From the NCBI GenBank assembly GCA_964014485.1, contig CAXHAT010000092.1:1-29213 (forward strand): a stretch of DNA of 29,213 nucleotides, written 5' to 3'. The stretch comes from an uncultured Deferribacteres bacterium (GTDB taxonomy: Bacteria; Zhuqueibacterota; Zhuqueibacteria; Zhuqueibacterales; Geothermadaptataceae). The translations under genes were made by a program, and so were the position numbers. Numbering within the stretch: position 1 is the first letter of the stretch; each line of letters starts with the position of its first letter. The notes beneath the pieces were generated by a model. It saw only the letters and a program-made list of their open reading frames with translations. It made no database searches and was not told the origin of the DNA. Of the stretch, positions 1 to 7,293 are shown piece after piece.

Positions 1-45
1 ACACCAAGAAGCTCGTCGGCAGCGTCAGATGTGTATAAGAGACAG
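1..45 (+). other. Illumina Nextera adapter contamination (end of P5 + i5 index + Read-1 transposase adapter with Tn5 mosaic end)
   Basis: ACAC (1-4), 8-nt index CAAGAAGC (5-12), then TCGTCGGCAGCGTC-AGATGTGTATAAGAGACAG (13-45), which is an exact match to the Nextera Read-1 adapter. Confidence 0.98.
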
Positions 46-183
46 CTACAAGCATCTTTTTAACCCTAACCCTTGAACGTTCGGGGAAAATCTGTGCCGG
101 ACGATAACAAAGATTCTTCCAGAATGACAATTCGGGGCTTTATCGCCAGAGCTAAATGGCAATTTGTAAAAAGTATCAGATAG
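46..183. repeat. Truncated copy of the ~200-bp palindromic element at 14099-14295
   Basis: Ungapped hand alignment of 50-183 with 14162-14295 gives 91/134 identities. Shared blocks are AAGCATCTTTT, AACCCTTGAAC, CGATAACAAAGATTC, AGAAyGACAA and AAAAAGTrTCAGrTAG. The left arm is cut off by the adapter. Confidence 0.85.
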
Positions 184-357
184 TAAAGCATGATTTTGCA
201 TTTCTTAAAGATTCAATAACATGTGCCCAAATATGGGCGCCTGTCTCACTGTGAAACAATTCCACAAAAGCTTTTTTTGTTGCTCGCGACCAGGAAATTT
301 TTGACAAGACATTGTTTTTGTAAAAGGTTGCGCGGCTTTCGATTACCGCCGTTATCG

Positions 358-373
358 TGGCACGCCATTTGAA
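358..373 (+). promoter_or_regulatory. Possible sigma-54 (-24/-12) promoter upstream of the ECF sigma gene
   Basis: TGGCAC-GCCAT-TTGAA has a perfect -24 box and correct spacing, but the -12 box is TTGA instead of TTGC. Confidence 0.35.
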
Positions 374-678
374 TGCTCAATTATGAGCAAGCCGAAATTC
401 ACGAGGAAATTCGCTGCACCCATCCCCGCGACGCTCGATTACTTCTGAAAAAGAACCGGGGCTTGCCCTCCTCATTCCGATAATCTCTTTAACTTTTAGA
501 CTTCCGTAGAACTCGATCACACCCGCACTATTTAAAGTTGGCTGACTGAGAATATTGTCTATTCGAGTTTGGACGTAACCAAAGCCGCCGCAGACATACT
601 GGCCGAAAATCATTTTCCCAATGAACCGGCTTCAGAAAATCTTACAATAATTCTACTAGACAACAGGGAGGTTGTTGA

Positions 679-1437
679 ATGCGTGGAACAGCAAACCCCG
701 GGACACTAGCGTTAGAATTTCCTGTCAAGGGGGAAACTCCTAACATTTCAAAGCGAGAAAAAAAAGCGACTCAAATTTGCAAATTGTCAAACATGGAGTT
801 CATTCAGATCATACAAAACGATCATACCAACAATGCCCTGTGGCAAGAGTTTGTAAACCGTTTTAACCTCCAAATTTGCTTCTTTGTGAACAAAGCAAGT
901 TCTGATCAAAAACTGAGCACTGTTGAGATTGAAGATTTCGCTCAGCAAGTCTACAACAAGCTGCTCGAAAAAGAGGCGAGAGCCTTGCATCGCTTCAAAA
1001 ACGAACACGACGATGCCATATACGCATATTTGAAAAGTATTGCTGTAAGCGTCGTGGCTGGAGAGCATAGCCGGAGAAAGGCGCAAAAAAGGAATGCGGG
1101 AAAAAAAACCGTTTCTTTGGATGCTCCGCTGAAAAATACGGCAGGCTCCGCTTCATCGAATTATGACGTCATTCATCAGGCGGAAACAGACGATAACATC
1201 GCTTCTTTTGAAAGCCTGGATCAACTTGAAGCCATGCTCGACGAATGTGTTCCGGAAGGCAAAAACAAAGAACGGGACAAACTGCTGTTCAAGCTCGTCC
1301 GTGTCGCAGGGTTCAAGCCGAAGGAAATTGCAGAAATGGAGCCTTACGCGGATATTGATGCAAAAACAATTTCCAACACGGCGAGAAGAATTCAAAAGCT
1401 GCTCATCGAGAGCTGGGGGAAGGACAAAAATTTGTAA
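679..1437 (+). CDS. ECF-like RNA polymerase sigma-70 factor
   Basis: GGAGGT Shine-Dalgarno before ATG 679. Region-2-like segment (WQEFVNRF...IEDFAQQVYNKL...YAYLKSIA) and region-4 HTH (RDKLLFKL...GFKPKEIAEM...KTISNTARRIQKLL). Confidence 0.8.
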   Translation: MRGTANPGTLALEFPVKGETPNISKREKKATQICKLSNMEFIQIIQNDHTNNALWQEFVNRFNLQICFFVNKASSDQKLSTVEIEDFAQQVYNKLLEKEARALHRFKNEHDDAIYAYLKSIAVSVVAGEHSRRKAQKRNAGKKTVSLDAPLKNTAGSASSNYDVIHQAETDDNIASFESLDQLEAMLDECVPEGKNKERDKLLFKLVRVAGFKPKEIAEMEPYADIDAKTISNTARRIQKLLIESWGKDKNL

Positions 1438-1483
1438 TTCTCGGTTCCATTTCGCAAAGCGAGAAGCTTGCCTGGATTCGCAA

Positions 1484-1523
1484 GGGGAGCCTTGGCGCGG
1501 AAACGCTCTGCCTCATGCTCCCC
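1484..1523. terminator. Stem-loop between the convergent sigma factor and serS genes
   Basis: GGGGAGC(1484-1490) pairs with GCTCCCC(1517-1523), enclosing GGC/GCC and GCG-GAAA-CGC. There is no clear U-tract. Confidence 0.4.
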
Positions 1524-1538
1524 ACATCATTACTCTAA

Positions 1539-2807
1539 TCAGCTCAGCAAATCTACCCCCATGTACGGGCGCAGCGCTTTTGGCACGACAACCGCGCCTT
1601 CGCTTGTCTGGTAATTCTCAAGAATAGCAATAATTGTTCGCGGCAAGGCAAGCCCGGAACCGTTAAGCGTGTGTATGGTTTGCAGCTTGCCGTCGCTGCT
1701 TCGGCGATATCGAATATTCGCCCGTCGCGCCTGAAAGCCTTCAAAATTGCTGCATGAGGAAACCTCAAGATAACGATCCACCCCGGCAGCCCAAACTTCC
1801 AGATCGTAGCATTTGGCGGCGGAAAAACTGATGTCGGCAGTACAGAGGTTTAGCACTCGGTAAGGCAATTCCAAAGCTTGCAAAATATCTTCGGCGTTCT
1901 GCAGCAGTTTTTCATGTTCGTCATAACTGGATTCCGCCGTCGTAAACTTAACCATTTCCACCTTGTCAAATTGGTGCAAACGCATCAAGCCCTTCGTATC
2001 CTTGCCGTAAGCGCCGGCTTCGCGTCTGAAACAGGGCGTGTAAGCTGTGTAATAAACGGGCAATTGATCTTCTTTTAAGACTTCGTCCGCCAAAAGATTG
2101 GTGACCGTCACTTCCGCCGTCGGGATCAAAAAAAGATCGTCTTCGTCAACGTGGTACATGTCGTCTTCCATCTTCGGCAATTGCCCTGTACCAAACATGG
2201 TTTTGCGGTTAGCCACAAAAGGCGGCGAAACTTCCGTGTAACCATGCTTCTCGATATGGAAATCCAGCATGAAGTTGATCAGCGCTCTGGCAAGCTTCGC
2301 CCCCTTGCCTTTAAAATTGACGAAAAAGGAACCGGCGACCTTAGCGCCGCCGCTAAAATCAATAATGTCGAGGTCTTCGCCAATGTCCCAATGCGGCTTG
2401 GGTTTGAAATCAAAGTTTGGCCTCTCACCCCAGGACTTAATTTCAACATTGTCTGCCTCGCTGCGACCGACTGGAGTTGTACTGTGAGGAATGTTTGGAA
2501 TTCGAATCTGCAGTTCATACAGTTCCTTATCCAATATTCGAATCTCAGCGTCCATTTCTTTTATCCGCCCTGAGACTTCGCGCATTTCATCAATTTTTTG
2601 CGAAGCGTCCTGCTTGGATTTTTTTAGCTGCGCGATTTCTTGCGAGACGGTATTGCGGCCGGCCTTGAGTTGCTCAACTTCAGCAAGCTTGCTGCGTCGG
2701 CTTGCGTCTTTTTCGATAAACTGCGTTAAATCGAGATCGACGCGTTTGTTTTTTAACGCCGCCTCGACGGCTTCAAAGTTTTCGCGGATGAATTTCAGGT
2801 CAAACAT
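1539..2807 (-). CDS. serS: Serine--tRNA ligase
   Basis: N-terminal MFDLKFIREN coiled-coil arm, LIPTAEV, class II motif 2 FRREAG..RLHQFDKVE, and motif 3 HTLNGSGLALPR. Confidence 0.98.
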   Translation of the reverse strand: MFDLKFIRENFEAVEAALKNKRVDLDLTQFIEKDASRRSKLAEVEQLKAGRNTVSQEIAQLKKSKQDASQKIDEMREVSGRIKEMDAEIRILDKELYELQIRIPNIPHSTTPVGRSEADNVEIKSWGERPNFDFKPKPHWDIGEDLDIIDFSGGAKVAGSFFVNFKGKGAKLARALINFMLDFHIEKHGYTEVSPPFVANRKTMFGTGQLPKMEDDMYHVDEDDLFLIPTAEVTVTNLLADEVLKEDQLPVYYTAYTPCFRREAGAYGKDTKGLMRLHQFDKVEMVKFTTAESSYDEHEKLLQNAEDILQALELPYRVLNLCTADISFSAAKCYDLEVWAAGVDRYLEVSSCSNFEGFQARRANIRYRRSSDGKLQTIHTLNGSGLALPRTIIAILENYQTSEGAVVVPKALRPYMGVDLLS

Positions 2808-2864
2808 GTTTCTGTTCTTAAAAATGAGTTCTGAGGAATTTCTGGTGCATCGAAAATGGCGGGA

Positions 2865-2893
2865 ATTATAAAGATTTTAGCGCCGAATTGCAA
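2865..2893 (-). promoter_or_regulatory. Sigma-70 promoter for serS
   Basis: The minus strand reads TTGCAA (2893-2888), a 17-nt spacer, then TATAAT (2870-2865), ending ~57 nt upstream of the serS ATG. Confidence 0.7.
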
Positions 2894-3090
2894 GTTTGCG
2901 CTCAATTCTAACAATCTTTTAAAGCAAGACTTTAGGCGGAGAGGGTTGCATAACATTGAATCTTGCAACCCGCATCAAGGGCAAGCAGGGGTAAAGCAGT
3001 TACCAGGCGAACGAATAATTCGCGGTCATTTTGCCAAAATTTCGAACTTGGCAATCACATATAGCTTCGTCTTAATAATACCTAAGCGTA

Positions 3091-3435
3091 TTACGCAAAG
3101 CTGGCGACGGCCTCGTCTTCTTCCTCGAACGCTTCAATCACATGGTCAAGCTTGGCGATTTTGATCAAGCTCAAAACGCGACTGTTCAAGTTCACAAGCT
3201 TGCAGGCCTTGCTAATATCTCTTGCCATGCGTACGCCAAACAGAATCGCACCCAAGCCGGAGCTGTCGGCGTACTCAACTTTTTCCAAGTCGATCAAAAC
3301 GCCCTTCTCCGATGCATTCAGCAAATCAATAAGCTTCGCTTTGAGATCCGGAGCCAAGCTCGTGTCCAGGCGCTCGCTTTTCAAACGGATAATGTTGATT
3401 TGTTGGTCGTTCATCGATTCAACGCTGAGATTCAT
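3091..3435 (-). CDS. STAS-domain anti-sigma factor antagonist (SpoIIAA/RsbV-like)
   Basis: RLDTSLAPDLK...LIDLEKVEYADSSGLGAIL carries the phosphorylatable Ser of the DSSG motif. ATG 3435 is preceded by GGAG. Confidence 0.92.
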   Translation of the reverse strand: MNLSVESMNDQQINIIRLKSERLDTSLAPDLKAKLIDLLNASEKGVLIDLEKVEYADSSGLGAILFGVRMARDISKACKLVNLNSRVLSLIKIAKLDHVIEAFEEEDEAVASFA

Positions 3436-3448
3436 GTCGTTCTCCAAG

Positions 3449-4999
3449 TTACAGAGGAATATTACCGTGTTTTTTTCGAGGGTTCTTATCCACTTTATTT
3501 TCCAACATTCGCAAAGCGGAAATGATTTTTGTCCTCGTCGTTGCAGGCTCTATGATATCGTCAATATATCCCCGCTCTGCAGCGACGTAAGGGTTCGCAA
3601 ATTTCTCGCGATAGTTCTCGATAAGCTTTTCCGTTTCCGCCTGCGGGTCTTTCGCCTTTTTAATCTCATTTCGAAAAATGATCTCCACCGCGCCCTTCGG
3701 CCCCATAACGGCAATCTCCGCCGACGGCCATGCAAAATTAATGTCGCCGCGGATATGCTTTGAACTCATCACATCATAAGCGCCGCCATATGCTTTGCGC
3801 GTAATCAAAGTGATTTTAGGGACCGTCGCTTCGCAATATGCGTAAAGCAATTTTGCGCCGTGTTTGATAATGCCCCTCCACTCCTGATCTGTGCCGGGCA
3901 AAAACCCTGGAACGTCGACGAAAGTAATGATCGGAACATTAAAAGCGTCGCAAAACCTGACAAAACGAGCGCTTTTCGTTGATGAATCAATATCCAAAAC
4001 GCCGGCCAACACCGCTGGTTGGTTCCCGACAATGCCGACTGGCTTACCGCCTAATCTTGCAAAACCAACAACGATATTCCGGGCGTATTCGGCATGCACT
4101 TCCATGAAATCGCCGTCATCAACGACCGGCAGAATTACATCCTTAATATCATATGGCTTGTTGGGATTTTCCGGGATAAGGTCGTTCAGCGCATCAATGC
4201 GCCGTTCAGCAGGATCGTTCGTTTCACAAAACGGCGGCTCTTCCGCATTATTTTGCGGCAAAAATGACAAAAGCCGGCGTATTTCTTCAATACACTCGGC
4301 TTCATTATTTTCCATAAAATGCGCAACACCGCTTTTGCTTGCGTGCGTATGCGCGCCTCCAAGCTCTTCGGAAGTCACTTCTTCCGCAGTCACCGTCTTG
4401 ACAACGTTTGGCCCCGTGACAAACATGTAGCTTGTGTGCTCAACCATAAAGGTAAAATCTGTGATGGCGGGCGAGTAAACCGCTCCGCCTGCGCACGGGC
4501 CGAGAATCGCGGATATTTGCGGAACGACGCCCGAAGCAAGCGTATTGCGCAAAAAAATGTCCGCGTAAGCTCCTAAACTCACAACGCCTTCCTGAATTCG
4601 TGCGCCGCCGGAATCGTTTAACCCAACCACGGGAGCGCCGGTTTTCAGAGCCATGTCCATAATCTTACAGATTTTCTTGCCGTAACTTTCAGAGAGGGAG
4701 CCGCCGAAAACCGTAAAATCTTGCGAGAAAACGTAGACCAAACGCCCGTTTATGCGCCCAAAACCGGTAACGACGCCGTCTCCGAAAACGCGCTGTTTTT
4801 CCAACCCGAAGTCGCGGCATTGGTGTAAGACAAAAGCGTCAATCTCTTCAAACGAGCCTTCGTCAAGTAGAAGATCGATTCGTTCGCGCGCAGTAAGCTT
4901 GCCTTTGCCGTGCTGTACTGAAATCCGTTGCACCCCTCCCCCGAGCTGAGATTGTTCTCGCCGCTTTCTGAGTTCCTCTAACCGAGATTCTGTCGCCAT
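3449..4999 (-). CDS. pccB: Acyl-CoA (propionyl-/methylmalonyl-CoA) carboxyltransferase beta subunit
   Basis: [47 protein letters not shown] and the C-terminal KKHGNIPL. Confidence 0.93.
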   Translation of the reverse strand: MATESRLEELRKRREQSQLGGGVQRISVQHGKGKLTARERIDLLLDEGSFEEIDAFVLHQCRDFGLEKQRVFGDGVVTGFGRINGRLVYVFSQDFTVFGGSLSESYGKKICKIMDMALKTGAPVVGLNDSGGARIQEGVVSLGAYADIFLRNTLASGVVPQISAILGPCAGGAVYSPAITDFTFMVEHTSYMFVTGPNVVKTVTAEEVTSEELGGAHTHASKSGVAHFMENNEAECIEEIRRLLSFLPQNNAEEPPFCETNDPAERRIDALNDLIPENPNKPYDIKDVILPVVDDGDFMEVHAEYARNIVVGFARLGGKPVGIVGNQPAVLAGVLDIDSSTKSARFVRFCDAFNVPIITFVDVPGFLPGTDQEWRGIIKHGAKLLYAYCEATVPKITLITRKAYGGAYDVMSSKHIRGDINFAWPSAEIAVMGPKGAVEIIFRNEIKKAKDPQAETEKLIENYREKFANPYVAAERGYIDDIIEPATTRTKIISALRMLENKVDKNPRKKHGNIPL

Positions 5000-5329
5000 C
5001 AATTCTTACTGAGCTTTTTATCGAAATTCCCAAAGAAGCAGGGAGCTTCTCTGCTTGGTGCAATAAGTAAATATCTGAAAAATGTGGATTAAAACGAGCA
5101 AATAATATCAAAGCACGGTTAAAAAAGCAAATGCTTTTAAAAGAGCGTGAATAAAACACATTCCACTGATTTTTGAAAACTTCCGGCATTTTCTCATCAA
5201 CATTTTGTGAAGAAAAAATTGACTAACAGAGTTAAGTTTTCTAAAAAGACCAGGCATTAAATTCCATTTCTTTGACAGGCTACATATATTTAAACAAAAG
5301 ACCAAGAATCGTTTCTGCCGCATATTTCG

Positions 5330-6073
5330 ATGACGAATACAAGCCAAATCGACTCGCAATATTTTAACAATGACGTTCATCTCAACGATGAAAGCATCGC
5401 TTTGTATGTCGATGCGCTAAAACTTGACAAACCCGACGCGTTGCCGGAAATCATTGTGACTCACGTTGCGGACTGCGCTGAATGCAAAACGGCGGTGTTC
5501 GAGCTCGATTCTCTGGTTACGGAAGATTTTGGGCAAACGGCCTCCCATCCATTCTTTGACCAGACGAAAGCAAACGTTCCGAGTTTTGGCGTGGGTTCAC
5601 TGCTACGCATTGCCGCCATTTTGGTCGTGACAATACTTGGCGGCGCTTTCATCTACACGCTGCTTCAAAAATCGACGGAGAGCGAAATCGCCCGGGACGC
5701 TGAAGTTCCGCGGGATTCACTCAAGATCATCGACTCTTCGCCACAACTCGCGGAAAACTTTATTGTTTCTCCAAACCTGGAAGACCTTCTTGCCGAAGCC
5801 GTGCGAGCAGATGAGCTTGAAGTTTTATCTCCGAAATTTGGCGCTGACATGGTTGATTCGCTGCGATTCACTTGGCAGGGCGCACCCGGATCGCCACTGA
5901 CTCTGAAAATTCTCAACAACCGCGAGGAAGTTTTGTTTTCATATGAAGGCGTCGAATCGCCTTTTGTATTTTCTGAGTCGCCTCCCTCGGGACTTTATTA
6001 TTGGAAATTGGAAACGGAGGACGAACTTTTGCATGTAGGAAAATTCTTCATTCAAAAAAAGGCGGAGCAATGA
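5330..6073 (+). CDS. Putative membrane-anchored anti-sigma-factor-like protein (zinc-finger N-terminus, one TM helix, extracytoplasmic beta domain)
   Basis: HLNDE...HVADCAECK is an H...HxxxCxxC ZAS/zf-HC2-like motif. It is followed by the hydrophobic helix RIAAILVVTILGGAFIYTLL and a beta-rich C-terminus (LSPK...FTW...GLYYWKL). Confidence 0.65.
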   Translation: MTNTSQIDSQYFNNDVHLNDESIALYVDALKLDKPDALPEIIVTHVADCAECKTAVFELDSLVTEDFGQTASHPFFDQTKANVPSFGVGSLLRIAAILVVTILGGAFIYTLLQKSTESEIARDAEVPRDSLKIIDSSPQLAENFIVSPNLEDLLAEAVRADELEVLSPKFGADMVDSLRFTWQGAPGSPLTLKILNNREEVLFSYEGVESPFVFSESPPSGLYYWKLETEDELLHVGKFFIQKKAEQ

Positions 6074-6702
6074 TTCTTAATCCGGAAGGGCAGACGCTCA
6101 CCGAAAACTATAAATTGCTGACCGGCGCAATCGTACCTCGCCCCATTGCCTTCGTCTCTACGGTTTCGGCAAACGGCGTTCTAAACTTGGCGCCGTTTTC
6201 TTTTTTCACCGGGATCACTTCGCAACCGCCGACCGTTTGTTTTGCCCCCGGGAGATACGCCGACACGGGCGGTAAAAAGGATACGCTTCAAAACATCGAA
6301 GCCACAAAAGAGTTTGTCGTCAACATTGTGACTGAAAGCATCGCGCATGAGATGAACGTCACAGCGACGGAGTTTCCGGAAGAAGTCGACGAATTCGAAG
6401 TGACCGGCTTGACTCCGGCGGAAAGCCGCGTGGTCAAGCCGCCGCGCGTTCTCGAATCCCCGATAAACTTTGAGTGTAAGCTAGAACAGATCGTTCAGGT
6501 GGGGCCGGAAGGTCCGGGCGGCGGAGCGCTGGTCATTGGCAGAGTCGTCTTGTTTCACGTTCAAGACGATTTGATTGATGCGCGAAAACGTATCGATCAT
6601 GCGCGCCTACAACCTGTCGGAAGGCTGGCGGGAATGAGTTACACAAAGCTTGGCGAGCAATTCGCGCTGGTGCGCCCAAAATATCAGAAGGCTTCGAATT
6701 GA
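6070..6702 (+). CDS. Flavin reductase (DIM6/NTAB family, FMN-binding split barrel)
   Basis: YKLLTGAIVPRPIAFVST, NLAPFSFF, KDTLQNIEATKEFVVNIV, ESPINFEC and PVGRLAG..Y. Its ATG overlaps the upstream TGA (ATGA at 6070-6073). Confidence 0.92.
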   Translation: MILNPEGQTLTENYKLLTGAIVPRPIAFVSTVSANGVLNLAPFSFFTGITSQPPTVCFAPGRYADTGGKKDTLQNIEATKEFVVNIVTESIAHEMNVTATEFPEEVDEFEVTGLTPAESRVVKPPRVLESPINFECKLEQIVQVGPEGPGGGALVIGRVVLFHVQDDLIDARKRIDHARLQPVGRLAGMSYTKLGEQFALVRPKYQKASN

Positions 6703-6744
6703 TAGAAGCCTGGCAACCGCCGAAACACCCATAAGATAAGGGAG

Positions 6745-6794
6745 TCAAACGCTTCAGCGTTTGAAAACATTGTGGATTTCCCAACCCATGTTTT
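6745..6794. terminator. Two hairpins between the convergent flavin reductase and yhbY genes
   Basis: TCAAACGCT-TC-AGCGTTTGA (6745-6764) and AAAACAT...ATGTTTT (6764-6794). Confidence 0.45.
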
Positions 6795-6811
6795 GAGATG
6801 TCCGCAATGAG

Positions 6812-7120
6812 CTATTTTGAATCCAGGAGCCTTGGTTCTTCAGGGTGTTCTCGATAAAGCAGAATCGTTTTCCCCAGCACTTGAACAAGCTGCGTCTGCG
6901 TTTTCTCCGCCAAGTCTCGCCCGGTTTCGCGCCGCTCTCCCGGGAACCCCTCCTGCAATTTAATCTTGATCAATTCCTGCGTTGAAAACGCTTCGTCGAT
7001 CGCCTGCAACACTGTTTCGTTAACGCCGTTTTGGCCAATAAAAACCACCGGCTTGAGCCTGTTTCCCAAGCCTCGGAGATAGCGTTTTTCTTTCCCAGTG
7101 AGTTCGTTTGTCAATTCCAA
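6812..7120 (-). CDS. yhbY: Ribosome assembly RNA-binding protein YhbY (CRM domain)
   Basis: LTGKEKRYLRGLG..LKPVVFIGQNG, ELIKIK and VQVLGKTILLYR. The TTG start is preceded by GAGGTG. Confidence 0.93.
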   Translation of the reverse strand: MELTNELTGKEKRYLRGLGNRLKPVVFIGQNGVNETVLQAIDEAFSTQELIKIKLQEGFPGERRETGRDLAEKTQTQLVQVLGKTILLYREHPEEPRLLDSK

Positions 7121-7293
7121 TATTCACCTCAAAATTTGTCACGTTTTCAAGAAGGCCGGAGTATAGCGGTTTTCCTAAAGATTTCATAGAAAATTCTATA
7201 CGCCGCTCTCTCCTGACGTGCAACTCAACGCTATCGAAGTTGTCTGTTTTTTCAACCGCAGCGTCGTTTTAAATAAATTGAAAAGGTGGCCCA

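Noticed and set aside
27..45. Tn5/IS50 mosaic end suggesting a transposon
   Set aside because: It sits within the complete Nextera adapter context, so it is a library artefact.
377..613. 78-aa minus-strand ORF upstream of the sigma gene
   Set aside because: It has no recognisable motif or SD, and an ORF of this length is expected by chance.
2808..2864. T-box riboswitch upstream of serS
   Set aside because: The leader after the predicted promoter is only ~50 nt and has no T-box consensus or terminator.
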